This document shows positions 17,803 through 27,926 of a stretch of DNA of 42,185 bases, piece by piece; the first letter of the stretch is position 1, and each line of letters opens with the position of its first letter. A program made the position numbers and the translations under genes. The notes beneath the pieces are model-generated. The model was not told where the DNA came from. It saw only the letters and a program-made list of their open reading frames with translations, and did not search any database. This DNA is from Candidatus Luteimonas excrementigallinarum. Lineage in GTDB: Bacteria; Pseudomonadota; Gammaproteobacteria; Xanthomonadales; Xanthomonadaceae. The DNA lies in the NCBI GenBank assembly GCA_019115725.1, contig DXCY01000036.1:1-42185 (forward strand), given 5' to 3'.

Positions 17803-19824
17803 TCAGCGCTGCGCCGGGATGATCCTGCGCACGTGGTCGCCCCGCGGATCTTCGGCGCCGCGGGCCTTGTTGACCGCGTACACGGTGCCGCGATCGTCCA
17901 CCGCCAGGTGGTTGGGCTGGCTGCCGCCGTCGAGGTTGGCCACCACCCGGCCGTCCGCATCCACCACGGTGATGGTGTCGGTGCCGCGGCTGGCCACGAA
18001 GGCGAGCCCGCTGACCGGATCGAAGGCCACGTTGAGCGCCCCGGCACCCACGTGCACATCGTGCAGCACCCGCTCTTCGGCGGGATCCACGATGAGCAGG
18101 TTGCCGCTGCGCTGCGAGGCCACGTACAGGCGCCCGCTGGTGGCATCAATGGCGACTCCGGAAGCGCCGTCGGCGCCGGGCAGGGCGAACACCTTTTCCA
18201 CCGTGCCGGTCGCGCTGTCGATCATCGCCGCCTCGTTGCTGCCCATGCTGACGGTGTAGAGCCGGCCGCGGTCGCGGTCCAGCGCCAGGCTCATCGGGCG
18301 GAACGATCCGCCGGGCACGCTGGAGGGGATGGCCAGCGTGTCCAGCATCGCCAGGGAAGCGGTGTCGAAGGCCACCAGCGCGCCTTCGTTGACCGCCGAG
18401 ACCCAGGCGCGGCCGTTGGCCTGGTCGATGATCACGTCACGCGAATGCGGCACGGCGCCGGCCTCGAACTGGCGGACCAGGGCCAGGTTGTCCTGGCGGT
18501 AGACCGCCACCGTGTCATCGCGGGTATTGGTGACCCAGACGTGGCCGTTGGCATCATCCACGCCCACGCCGTACACGCCGACCAGATGGCCGTCATCGCG
18601 CCCGCTGGCGTCCGGCGGCTCGGCCCGCGCGATCACTTCCAGCGTGTCCGGATCCAGCTTCAGCAGCTGCGAGCGCTGCACCGGCGGACGGCCGACGGCC
18701 GAGGTGACGAACAGCGCATCGTTTGCCGCGCTCCACGCCGCCTGATACAGCCCCGGCGCCGGGGCCGCGGCGGTGGAGGTGACCTCGAACGCAGCCGCAT
18801 TGCCGCGGAAATCCGCCTCGCTGCGATCGCCCACGCCGGTGGCCGCGTGCAGCGCCCACATCAGCGATGCGCGGAACATGGGGCCATGGGTCAGAGTGGG
18901 GAACTCGCGGTAGGCGACGTCAATGCCTTCCACTGCGCCCAGTCGCCGGGCCAGTCTGGCGGCCGAGTCGGCGGGCGCCGCCGCGATCCGGCGCAGGTGC
19001 ACCAGCACCCCGGGATCGGACAGGTCGCGGTGTCCCTCGTCGCGGGCGCGTTCGCCGCCGCCCAAAGACAGCAGCACCCGCGTCTCGTGGCCCGCGTTGT
19101 GCGCCGTGAAGCGCTGCTCGGGCGCGCCGAGCAGGGCGCCATCGCCCCACCACAGCGACGGGCTGCCGATGGCCCAGGTGTCGAACGCGCCGCCGCGGGT
19201 GTAGAGCGCGTGCAGGGCGAACAGCCCGCCCAGCGAATGTCCCCACAGGGTCTGGCGGTCGGGGTCGGTAGCCACGCGCCGGGCCAGTTCCGGGCGGATC
19301 CGGCGTTCGATGATTTCCAGCAGCGCGTCCGCGCCGCCACCGCCGGTCACCACCGTCACCTGGTCGCCATCGCGCTGCGGACGTTCGCCCTCAGCCGGGG
19401 TGTAATCGCGGGTACGCGCCGCCGAATCGATCCGCAGCGCGTTGTCGTAGCCGACGAACACCAGCACCGGCGGCGCCGGCTGTGCGGCCAGGTCGGCCAG
19501 CAGGGCGTCGTCGAACTCCATCAGCGCGGCGTTGCCATCGAGCATCCAGAAGGCCGGAAAGCCCGCCGCGGGCGCATCGGCACGCGGCACGCCCAGCTGC
19601 ACCCGCCAGTGGCGGCTGTCATCCGGGCTGGAGAGGGTGAAACGCTCGAAGGCGTAATGCGGCGAGGGACGGTCAGCCACGGTTTCGCCGATGGTCTGCA
19701 GCGGATCCCGCTGCTGGGCGGCGGCGGGCCCGGGCAGGACGGAAAGCGTGCACAGCGCGAGCGCCATCAATGTGGCGGCCACGGCGGAAGCGGGGCGCCT
19801 GGAAGTGTCGGATGCAAATGTCAT
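17803..19824 (-). CDS. Fusion of IroE/PfeE-like siderophore esterase and YncE-like beta-propeller
   Basis: Signal peptide; esterase half LDGNA, RTRDYTP, GHSLGG nucleophile elbow, SPSLWW, THGPMF; C-terminal half GLYQAAWS, VYGVGVDD, HSRDVIID, GALNVAFDP, QPNHLAVD propeller repeats; one uninterrupted 673-aa ORF. Confidence 0.8.
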   Translation of the reverse strand: MTFASDTSRRPASAVAATLMALALCTLSVLPGPAAAQQRDPLQTIGETVADRPSPHYAFERFTLSSPDDSRHWRVQLGVPRADAPAAGFPAFWMLDGNAALMEFDDALLADLAAQPAPPVLVFVGYDNALRIDSAARTRDYTPAEGERPQRDGDQVTVVTGGGGADALLEIIERRIRPELARRVATDPDRQTLWGHSLGGLFALHALYTRGGAFDTWAIGSPSLWWGDGALLGAPEQRFTAHNAGHETRVLLSLGGGERARDEGHRDLSDPGVLVHLRRIAAAPADSAARLARRLGAVEGIDVAYREFPTLTHGPMFRASLMWALHAATGVGDRSEADFRGNAAAFEVTSTAAAPAPGLYQAAWSAANDALFVTSAVGRPPVQRSQLLKLDPDTLEVIARAEPPDASGRDDGHLVGVYGVGVDDANGHVWVTNTRDDTVAVYRQDNLALVRQFEAGAVPHSRDVIIDQANGRAWVSAVNEGALVAFDTASLAMLDTLAIPSSVPGGSFRPMSLALDRDRGRLYTVSMGSNEAAMIDSATGTVEKVFALPGADGASGVAIDATSGRLYVASQRSGNLLIVDPAEERVLHDVHVGAGALNVAFDPVSGLAFVASRGTDTITVVDADGRVVANLDGGSQPNHLAVDDRGTVYAVNKARGAEDPRGDHVRRIIPAQR

Positions 19825-19827
19825 GGT

Positions 19828-22092
19828 CTAGAAATCCACGTTCATGGAGACGAAGTACGAGCGGCCCGGTTCGTTGTAGGTCCAGGCGCCGGCGCCGTGG
19901 ATCTCGTTCGGCGTACCCAGGTTCACGCCCGAGGCGTTGCCGCGGCGGAAGATGCGCTTGTCGAACAGGTTGTCGATGCCGGCCACCAGGCTGACCGTGT
20001 CGCTGAGCTGGTAGCGGCCGCTGACCCCGGCCAGCGCATAGGCCGGCATGCGGTCGGCGGCGGAGCCGGTCACCGGATCGCCGTGGTAATCGAGCTTCTG
20101 CGGCTTCTGCTCGCCGAAGAAGGTGGCCCGGGCCAGCAGCGAGAAGCGCTCCGTGGCCTGCCAATCCAGTGCCACGTTGGCGGTGTATTCCGGGATCACC
20201 GAGAGATAGTCACCGGTGGTGCGGTTTTCCGAGCGCAGCATCCAGGTCAGGTTGGTGCGCCACTGCAGCCGGTCGGTCAGCGCCAGCGCCAGGCTGCCCT
20301 CGAAACCTTCCACTACCGCCCGGGGCACGTTGTCCCACTGGAACACGTCGGCGCCCATGTGCTCGGCAACAATCGCGTGGCCGGCCTCCACCTTGTTGCG
20401 GTAATCATTGCGGAACCAGGTCAGCGTGGCCTGCACCGCGCCGTCGTACTGCACGCCCAGTTCCTTGTTGATGCTGGTTTCCACATCCAGGTTGTCGTTG
20501 CCCACCAGGAAGCAGGCGCCGCCGCCGCCCCAGCAGCCGATGCCATTGGAATACAGCGCATAGCCGGGATTGCCCTGGTAGAGGTTGGGCGCCTTGTAGG
20601 CGCGGGCGATGCCGGCGCGCAGGCTCCAGTCGGGCGCGAACATCCAGGACGCATTGAGTGACGGGCTCCAGTTGCCGCCGTAGGCGTCGTGGTGGTCGAA
20701 GCGCAGGCCCGGGGTCAGGGTGAATGCATCGCCCAGGTAGATGTTGTCTTCCACGAACGCGGAGGCAATGCGCGCCTGCGCCGTGCCTTCCCACGGGAAC
20801 GGGCTGGGCGGCACGCGCTGCGGATTGCGCTCGTTGAGCGCCGAGGCGTTGTCCTCCAGCTTGCTGTCTACCCACTCCACGCCGAAGGTCAGCACGTGGT
20901 CGGCACCGGCGCCGATGATGGTGTGGTTGAGCTCGGCGTGCGCGGTCAGCGTGCGCAGATCGATATCGCCAAAGCCGCCGTCGATGAGGAAGATGCCCTC
21001 GGTGCCGCCGGCCAGGCCTTCGAGCAGGCGGATGTTGCGCGTGTCCTCCAGGGCCACGTAGCTGAGCGAATGGGTGCTGTCGCCGTACTCGCCGCGGTGG
21101 GTGATGTCGAAGCTGCGGCGGTAGCTGCGATTGGTCTCCTTGCCGATCTGGGCCAGTACCTCGGGATTGCTGTTGGTGTTCTGGCTGTCGCCGACGTAGA
21201 TGTTGCCCTGGCGGCTGTAGCTGGCGCCGAAGTCGATCCGGTGCCCCGGCGCCAGATCCCAGGCCAGCAGGCCGTTGAGATCGCGGTTGCGCACGCCCTC
21301 GCGCCCGGCGGGGAAACTGCCGGCATTGGCGCCGGTGCGTTCCGAGGCGTAATCGCGGTTGATCGCGTAGTCGTCGCCATCGGTGCGGTTGGCGCTGCCA
21401 TAGAGGCGGAACGCCCAGCGGTCATTCAGCGGGCCGGACAGGCCGAAGCCGGCGCGGCGGGTATCGCCATCCACACCGTGATGGGGCTGGTTGAAGTACA
21501 TCGACGCGTTGCCGGCGAATTCCTCGCCCGGGTGGCGGGTGACGATGTTGACCACCCCGCCGGCCGCCCCGTTGCCGTAGCGTGCCGCGGCCGGACCGCG
21601 CAGCACCTCGACCCGTTCCACCTGGCTGGCCGGCACCCAGTTGGTGTCGCCGCGCGTATCGCGCTCCCCGCGCCAGCCAAAGCGCACCGAATTGCGGCTG
21701 CCCACCGGCTTGCCGTCCACCAGGATCAGGGTGTTTTCCGGACCCATGCCGCGGATGTCGATCTGGCGGTGGTTGCCGCGCTGGCCGCTGGTGGAGTTGC
21801 CGGTCAGGTTGATGCCCGGCATGGTCCGCAGCAGTTCGGACAGGTCGTTGCGCGGCGGCTGTCGCTCGATGTCCTCGGCGGTGATGATCGAAGTGCCCAG
21901 CGCCTGCCGGGCGATGGCCTCGGCGGTGACCCGGACGGTGCCGAAATCGGTGATCGGGTCGTCTGCAGCAGTGGATTGCGCGTGCGCGGCGAGGGCGGGC
22001 AGCGCCAGCGCGAGGCCCAGGGAGATGGCGAGGGTGTTGCGACGGCTGCCGGATTGCGGGCAGGAGAAATGAACTGGCGTGTTGCTGGCCAT
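19828..22092 (-). CDS. FepA/PfeA-type TonB-dependent ferric catecholate siderophore receptor
   Basis: MPGINLTGNSTSGQRGNHRQIDIRGMGPENTLILVDG, RGERDTRGDTNWVP, RGPAAARYGNGAAGGVVNI, loop Cys pair CWGGGGAC, YNEPGRSY, terminal Phe. Confidence 0.92.
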   Translation of the reverse strand: MASNTPVHFSCPQSGSRRNTLAISLGLALALPALAAHAQSTAADDPITDFGTVRVTAEAIARQALGTSIITAEDIERQPPRNDLSELLRTMPGINLTGNSTSGQRGNHRQIDIRGMGPENTLILVDGKPVGSRNSVRFGWRGERDTRGDTNWVPASQVERVEVLRGPAAARYGNGAAGGVVNIVTRHPGEEFAGNASMYFNQPHHGVDGDTRRAGFGLSGPLNDRWAFRLYGSANRTDGDDYAINRDYASERTGANAGSFPAGREGVRNRDLNGLLAWDLAPGHRIDFGASYSRQGNIYVGDSQNTNSNPEVLAQIGKETNRSYRRSFDITHRGEYGDSTHSLSYVALEDTRNIRLLEGLAGGTEGIFLIDGGFGDIDLRTLTAHAELNHTIIGAGADHVLTFGVEWVDSKLEDNASALNERNPQRVPPSPFPWEGTAQARIASAFVEDNIYLGDAFTLTPGLRFDHHDAYGGNWSPSLNASWMFAPDWSLRAGIARAYKAPNLYQGNPGYALYSNGIGCWGGGGACFLVGNDNLDVETSINKELGVQYDGAVQATLTWFRNDYRNKVEAGHAIVAEHMGADVFQWDNVPRAVVEGFEGSLALALTDRLQWRTNLTWMLRSENRTTGDYLSVIPEYTANVALDWQATERFSLLARATFFGEQKPQKLDYHGDPVTGSAADRMPAYALAGVSGRYQLSDTVSLVAGIDNLFDKRIFRRGNASGVNLGTPNEIHGAGAWTYNEPGRSYFVSMNVDF

Positions 22093-22165
22093 GCGGCGAA
22101 GCTCCGGAGGAGGGGAGACGCTCGCTGGCGGCGGCTGGAGCGGGGATGTGAATGGCGCATTCTAA

Positions 22166-22185
22166 CTGAATGACAATCATTCGCA
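22166..22185. promoter_or_regulatory. Putative Fur box
   Basis: ctgAATGAcAATCATTcgc matches 13/19 of GATAATGATAATCATTATC with the central AATGAnAATCATT core; lies in an AT-rich patch ~75 bp upstream of the receptor start. Confidence 0.8.
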
Positions 22186-22275
22186 ATAATTAACGGGTCC
22201 CTGGTTCCCACGGCAGGCGCCTGCCGGGCGCATGACCTTCGACCTCCACTGACGGCCATCCAGTCCCCGTCCCGC

Positions 22276-22307
22276 AAAAACAGAAGGGGCCGCACAAGGC
22301 GGCCCCT
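22276..22307 (-). terminator. Rho-independent terminator of the nitroreductase gene
   Basis: aggggccgc-acaag-gcggcccct stem followed on the minus strand by TCTGTTTTT. Confidence 0.75.
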
Positions 22308-22336
22308 CCATCCTTCAATCCACCTGCCCGGAAACC

Positions 22337-22939
22337 TCAGGCGGCCACCACGAAGCGCTCAGCGTCATCGATATAGGTCTTGTCGCCAATCTCGCCGGCA
22401 TGGCTGCCGAACGGCATCTGCGCGCGCAGCACCCAGCCCTCCGGAATGTTCCATTCGCGGGCCACCGCCTCGTCCGGCAGCGGGTTGTAATGCTGCAGGC
22501 TGGCGCCGATGCCGGCTTCGGCCAGCGCCATCCACACCGCGTACTGGGCAATGCCGGTGCTGTGCTCGGACCACACCGGGAAATTGTCGGCGTACAGCGG
22601 GAACTGCTCCTGCAGCGCCTTCACCGGCCCCTGGTCCTCATAGAACAGCACCGTGCCCGCGCCGGCGGCGAAGCTGTCGATCTTCTTCTCCGTGGTCGGA
22701 AAGGCGTCGGCCGGCACGATTTTGCGCAGCTCGTCCTTGACGATGTCCCAGAATTTCACGCTCTGTGCCCCGTGCAGGATCAGCGCCCGCGAGCTCTGCG
22801 AGTTGAACGAGGAGGGAGCCTGGCGCACCGCTTCCTGGATCAGCGCGGTCACGTGCTCCTGGCCGAGCGGAAGGTCGTTGCCCAGGGCGTACTGGGTGCG
22901 GCGCTTGCGGGCGATATCGAGGAAACGGTTGTCGGTCAT
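22337..22939 (-). CDS. Nitroreductase family protein (Frm2/HBN1-like)
   Basis: RRTQYAL, APSSFNSQSSR, GAGTVLFYED, GASLQHYNPL, RAQMPFG. Confidence 0.9.
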   Translation of the reverse strand: MTDNRFLDIARKRRTQYALGNDLPLGQEHVTALIQEAVRQAPSSFNSQSSRALILHGAQSVKFWDIVKDELRKIVPADAFPTTEKKIDSFAAGAGTVLFYEDQGPVKALQEQFPLYADNFPVWSEHSTGIAQYAVWMALAEAGIGASLQHYNPLPDEAVAREWNIPEGWVLRAQMPFGSHAGEIGDKTYIDDAERFVVAA

Positions 22940-23185
22940 GGCTGGCTCCAAAGGCGATGGGATGAAAACAATGGCGCCAGTTTAGATTCGGGGATGCCGC
23001 TGATTGATTGCATTTCTGGAACAAAGGTTCTTGCTGCTTCCCTTGTGTCCGGCACTTCGCGCGGCTGATTTCCGCCCCTTGAAATATCACTGTCACAACA
23101 AGGGCTTGCCTTGACTGTTATTGGACCGCGGGAGACTATCTTCACCGTGCACCCATCCGCCGACAGGTGCCAGGAGAATGAAAAA

Positions 23186-26100
23186 ATGACTGTCGAACTG
23201 TCCCGCCGCAGCTTCCTGAAGCTGGCGGGGGCCGGGGCGGCGGCCAGCACGCTCGGGGCCATGGGCTTTGGAACGGCTGAAGCCGCCACTGCCGCCCATG
23301 TCCGCGAGTTCAAGCTGGCCACCACCACCGAAACCCGCAATATCTGCACCTACTGTTCGGTAGCGTGCGGAGTCATCATGTACTCGCGTGGCGATCTGAA
23401 CGCCGGCGAGCAAGCCGAACTGCTCCACATCGAGGGCGACGCCGACCATCCGGTCAACCGCGGCACCCTGTGCCCGAAGGGCGCAGCCCTCAAGTCCTAT
23501 GTGAAGTCGGAAAGCCGCCTGACCCATCCGCGCATCCGCCGGCCGGGTTCGGACCGCTTCGAGGAGATTTCCTGGGACGAGGCGCTCGACAAAATCGCCC
23601 GTGCCGTCAAGGACGACCGCGATGCCAACCTCATTGAACGCAACGAGGATGGCACCACCGTCAACCGCTGGACGACCACCGGCTTCCTCGCTGCTTCGGC
23701 GACCACCAACGAGACCGCATGGCTGACCTACAAGACGGTCCGCTCCATGGGGATCGTCGGGTTCGACAACCAAGCGAGGGTTTGACACGGCCCCACGGTG
23801 TCCAGTCTGGGCCCGACGTTTGGCCGTGGTGCGATGACCAATTCCTGGACGGATATTGGTAACGCAGACCTCGTCATCATCATGGGCGGCAATGCCGCCG
23901 AAGCACATCCCTGTGGTTTCAAGTGGGTGACCGAAGCCAAGCGCAAGCGTGGCGCAAAGCTGATCGTGGTCGATCCCCGCTTCAACCGTTCCGCGTCGGT
24001 GGCCGATTACTACGCCCCGATCCGGCCGGGCTCGGATATCGCCTTCCTCATGGGGGTGATCCGCTGGTGCATGGAAAACGACAAGATCCAGTGGGATTAC
24101 GTCAGGAACTACACCAACGCGTCCTACCTCGTGCGGGAGGATTTCGGCTGGCACGACGGCCTGTTCACCGGCTACGACGAAGAGAACCGGCGCTACGACC
24201 AGGAGACCTGGGAGTACCAGATCGGTGACGACGGTTATGTCATGACCGATCCGTCGCTGGACGATCCGCGCTGCGTGTGGAATCTGCTGCGCCAGCACGT
24301 GGACGTGTACACGCCGGAGTTCGTGGAGAATCTCTGCGGTACGCCGAAGGAACGGTTCCTGACGATCTGCGAAATGATCGGCGAAACGTCTTCCCCGACG
24401 AAGACGATGACGTCGATGTACGCACTCGGTTGGACCCAGCATTCCAAGGGCGCGCAGAACATCCGCGGCATGGCGATGCTGCAGCTGCTGCTGGGCAACA
24501 TCGGCGTTCCGGGCGGCGGCATGAACGCGCTGCGCGGGCACTCCAACATCCAGGGCCTGACCGACGTGGGCCTGATGTCGAACCTGATCCCCGGCTACCT
24601 GGCGATCCCGAGCGAGCGCGAGACCACGTTCGAGAGCTACATGTCCACTCGTGGCAACAAGCCGCTGCGTCCCAACCAGATGAGCTACTGGCAGAACTAC
24701 AACAAGTTCTTCGTCAGTTTCATGAAGTCGATGTGGGGCGACGCGGCCACGGCCGAGAACGGCTGGGGCTATGACTGGCTGCCCAAGCTGGACATCGCGC
24801 AGTACGACGCGATGAAGATGTTCGACATGCTCAAGAACGATGAGGTCAACATCTATTTCTGCCAGGGCTTCAACCCGATCCTCGCTTTCCCCAACCGGGG
24901 CAAGATGACCGAGGCGTTCTCGAAGCTGAAGCTGCTGGTGGTGATGGATCCGCTGGAGACCGAGACCGCCGCGTTCTGGGAGAACCACGGCATCTACAAC
25001 GATGTCGATACGGCTTCGATCCAGACCGAGGTCCTGGAGCTGCCGACCACGTGTTTTGCCGAGGACGAAGGTGCCACGGTGAGCTCGGGTCGCTGGCTGC
25101 AGTGGCACTGGCCGGGCGCGACCCCGCCGGGGCAGGCGCAGACCGACAACTGGATCATGGCCAACATCTTCCAGCGCGTGCGCAAGCTGTACGAGGAAGA
25201 GGGCGGCAAGGTGCCCGAGCCGATCCTCAACCTGACCTGGGACTACGCCGATCCGTTGCACCCGACCGCGGCCGAACTGGCCCGGGAGCTCAACGGCAAG
25301 GCGCTGGTGGACCTGCCCGACGGCCGCCGCGGCGGCGAGCAGCTGTCGAGCTTCGGCGAACTGCGTGACGACGGCACCACCGCGGCCGCCTGCTGGATCT
25401 ACACCGGCAGCTGGACCGAGGACGGCAACATGATGGCCCGCCGCGACAACAGCGATCCCAGCGGCATGGGTGTGCACCAGAACTGGTCGTTCGCGTGGCC
25501 GGCAAACCGCCGGACCCTGTACAACCGCGCCTCCTGCGATCTGGACGGCCGGCCATGGGATCCGGAGCGGGTGATCGTGGAGTGGAATGGCGAGCGCTGG
25601 GTCGGTGCCGACGTGCCCGATATCGGGCTCACCGCCAAGCCGCGCGAGGTCGGACCGTTCATCATGAACCCGGAGGGCACCAGCCGCTTCTTCAGCCGCA
25701 GGCTGATGCGCGACGGGCCGTTCCCGACGCATATGGAGCCGTTCGAAAGCCCGATCGAGAACCCGTTCAACCGCAGGATGCGCGGCAACCCGGTAGCCCG
25801 GATTTTCCCGGACGACCTGGAGGGGCTGGGCACCAGCGACGAGTTCCCGTTCGTGGCCACGTCCTACCGCCTGACCGAGCACTTCCACTACTGGACCAAG
25901 CACAACCGCACCAACGCGGTGACCCAGCCCGAGTTCTTCGTTGAGATCAGCGAGCAGCTGGCGGCCGATCGCGGCATTGCCAAGGGCGACCGGGTCAGGG
26001 TGTGGTCCTCGCGTGGCCAGATCTGGGCCAAGGCGGTGGTGACCAAGCGGATCCAGCCGCTGGTGTGTGACGGCAAGCCGGTGCACATCGTCGGCATTCC

Positions 26101-26251
26101 GATCCACTGGGGCTTCAAGGGCGCCGCGCGCAAGGGCTTCGGCTCCAACTCGCTGGGTCCGTTCGTTGGTGATGCCAACATCGAGACGCCGGAGTTCAAG
26201 GCGTACCTGGTGAACATTGAGCGGGCCGCAGACCAGGAGGTGCCGGCATGA
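23186..26251 (+). CDS. fdnG: Formate dehydrogenase-N/O alpha subunit, selenocysteine-containing (Sec at codon 200, 1021 aa)
   Basis: Tat signal SRRSFLK; CTYCSVAC...LCPKG Fe-S motif; DNQARV-TGA(23783-23785)[19 protein letters not shown]; the two track ORFs 23111..23785 and 23798..26251 share a frame; [21 protein letters not shown]. Confidence 0.96.
23786..23828 (+). promoter_or_regulatory. Bacterial SECIS element
   Basis: Immediately 3' of the UGA: lower stem CACGGCC/GGCCGTG, upper stem GG-U(bulge)-GUCCA-GUC-UGGGC-CC with GU in the apical loop, as in E. coli fdhF/fdnG SECIS. Confidence 0.88.
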
Positions 26252-27234
26252 GTGATCAACGCGCCCCCCAGCCGGTGACGGCCGCGGCCAACCCGCCGGT
26301 CCAGCCAATGGCTTCCAACCTGCTGCCCACCGACGTGGTGCTGGCATCGGCCACGGCCGATCTGCCCGCGCCGGAGCGGCAGCTGACCAAGGTGGCCAAG
26401 CTGATCGACGTGTCCCGCTGCATTGGCTGCAAGGCCTGTCAGTCGGCATGCATCGAGTGGAACGACCTGGAGCCGGAGATCGAGGAAAACGTGGGTGTCT
26501 ACGACAACCCGCACGACCTCACGCCGGAGATGTTCACGCTGATGCGCTTCAGCGAGTACGAGAACCCGGATACGGGTGATCTGGAGTGGCTGATCCGCAA
26601 GGACGGCTGCATGCACTGCGAGGATCCGGGCTGCCTGAAGGCCTGCCCGGCTCCGGGTGCGATCGTGCAGTACTCCAACGGCATCGTCGATTTCATCTCC
26701 GAGAACTGCATCGGCTGTGGCTACTGCGTGGCCGGCTGCCCGTTCGATATTCCGCGCATCCACAAGACCGCGCAGGTATCGACCAAGTGCACGCTGTGCT
26801 CCGACCGCGTTGCGGTGGGGCAGGGCCCGGCCTGTGCCAAGGCCTGCCCGACCGAGTGCATCACCTTCGGGCCCAAGGATGAGCAGGTGGCCTTCGCCCA
26901 GGAACGCGTGGCCGACCTCAAGTCGCGCGGCTTCGAGAATGCGGGCCTGTACGACCCGCAGGGCGTGGGCGGCACCCACGTGATGTACGTGCTCCACCAC
27001 GCCGACAAGCCCTCGCTGTATGCGGGCCTGCCGGACGATCCGCAGATCTCCCCGGTGGTGGCGGGCTGGAAGGGCCCGGCCAAGGAAGTGGGCCTGGTGG
27101 CGGCGGGCGTGGCCCTTGCCGGCGCCGCGCTGCACGGCCTGGTGTCGCGGGCCAACAAGGTCAGCGCCGAGGAAGAGGAGCAGGCACAGCAGCTGGTGGA
27201 CAGCAGCGATGACAACGGGAGGCGGGCACCATGA
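26248..27234 (+). CDS. fdnH: Formate dehydrogenase beta (iron-sulfur) subunit
   Basis: [45 protein letters not shown]...CAKACP; [12 protein letters not shown]; C-terminal TM; ATGA overlap with fdnG. Confidence 0.96.
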   Translation: MSDQRAPQPVTAAANPPVQPMASNLLPTDVVLASATADLPAPERQLTKVAKLIDVSRCIGCKACQSACIEWNDLEPEIEENVGVYDNPHDLTPEMFTLMRFSEYENPDTGDLEWLIRKDGCMHCEDPGCLKACPAPGAIVQYSNGIVDFISENCIGCGYCVAGCPFDIPRIHKTAQVSTKCTLCSDRVAVGQGPACAKACPTECITFGPKDEQVAFAQERVADLKSRGFENAGLYDPQGVGGTHVMYVLHHADKPSLYAGLPDDPQISPVVAGWKGPAKEVGLVAAGVALAGAALHGLVSRANKVSAEEEEQAQQLVDSSDDNGRRAP

Positions 27235-27926
27235 GCAATGATCGCGTCTATTCCGCCCCTGGCGATCACATCGAATCCAAGCGGCCGGTGGTGGTCAGCC
27301 GCTACCGCGGCTTCACCCGGGCCAACCACTGGCTGACCGCGGTGTGCATGATCGTGTTGCTGCTGTCGGGCTTCGCGTTCTTCCACCCCTCGCTGTACGG
27401 GCTGACCAACCTGTTCGGAGGCGGCCAGACCACGCGCTGGCTGCACCCGATCGTGGGCGTGCTGCTGACGGCGAGCTTCCTCGGACTGTTCGTGCAGATG
27501 TGGCGGCTCAACCTGCCGCGTCCGGAGGACGCCGAGTGGAGCCGGAAGATCAAGGATGTGCTCAAGGCCAACGAAGAAGCCCTGCCCGAGGTCGGCAAGT
27601 ACAACGCCGGCCAGAAGGTGGTGTTCTGGGCCATGGCCATCCTGATCCTCGCCATGGTGGTGACCGGGGTCATGATCTGGGAGCAGTACACCGCGCACCT
27701 GTTCTCGATCCCGGTACGTCGGGTGGCCGTGGCGGTGCATGCCATCGCGGCGATCGGCCTGGTGCTGGTCTTCATCGCCCACGTCTATGCGGCCATCTGG
27801 ACCCGGGGCACCATCCGGGCGATGACCCGTGGCACGGTGACCGGTGGCTGGGCGTTCCGTCACCACCGCAAGTGGCTGCGTGAACTGGCCGGCGGCCGCA
27901 AGGTCGGTGGTCCGGAGCAGTCGTGA
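27231..27926 (+). CDS. fdnI: Formate dehydrogenase gamma (cytochrome b) subunit
   Basis: [29 protein letters not shown] heme-ligand His; four TM segments; WAFRHHRKW. Confidence 0.95.
   Translation: MSNDRVYSAPGDHIESKRPVVVSRYRGFTRANHWLTAVCMIVLLLSGFAFFHPSLYGLTNLFGGGQTTRWLHPIVGVLLTASFLGLFVQMWRLNLPRPEDAEWSRKIKDVLKANEEALPEVGKYNAGQKVVFWAMAILILAMVVTGVMIWEQYTAHLFSIPVRRVAVAVHAIAAIGLVLVFIAHVYAAIWTRGTIRAMTRGTVTGGWAFRHHRKWLRELAGGRKVGGPEQS

Noticed and set aside
23000-23100. FNR/Anr box upstream of fdnG
   Set aside because: TTGAT and TTGAA half-sites exist but no correctly spaced TTGAT-N4-ATCAA.
23111-26251. fdnG as a pseudogene or two separate genes
   Set aside because: The stop is UGA at the catalytic Sec position, in frame and followed by a SECIS hairpin.
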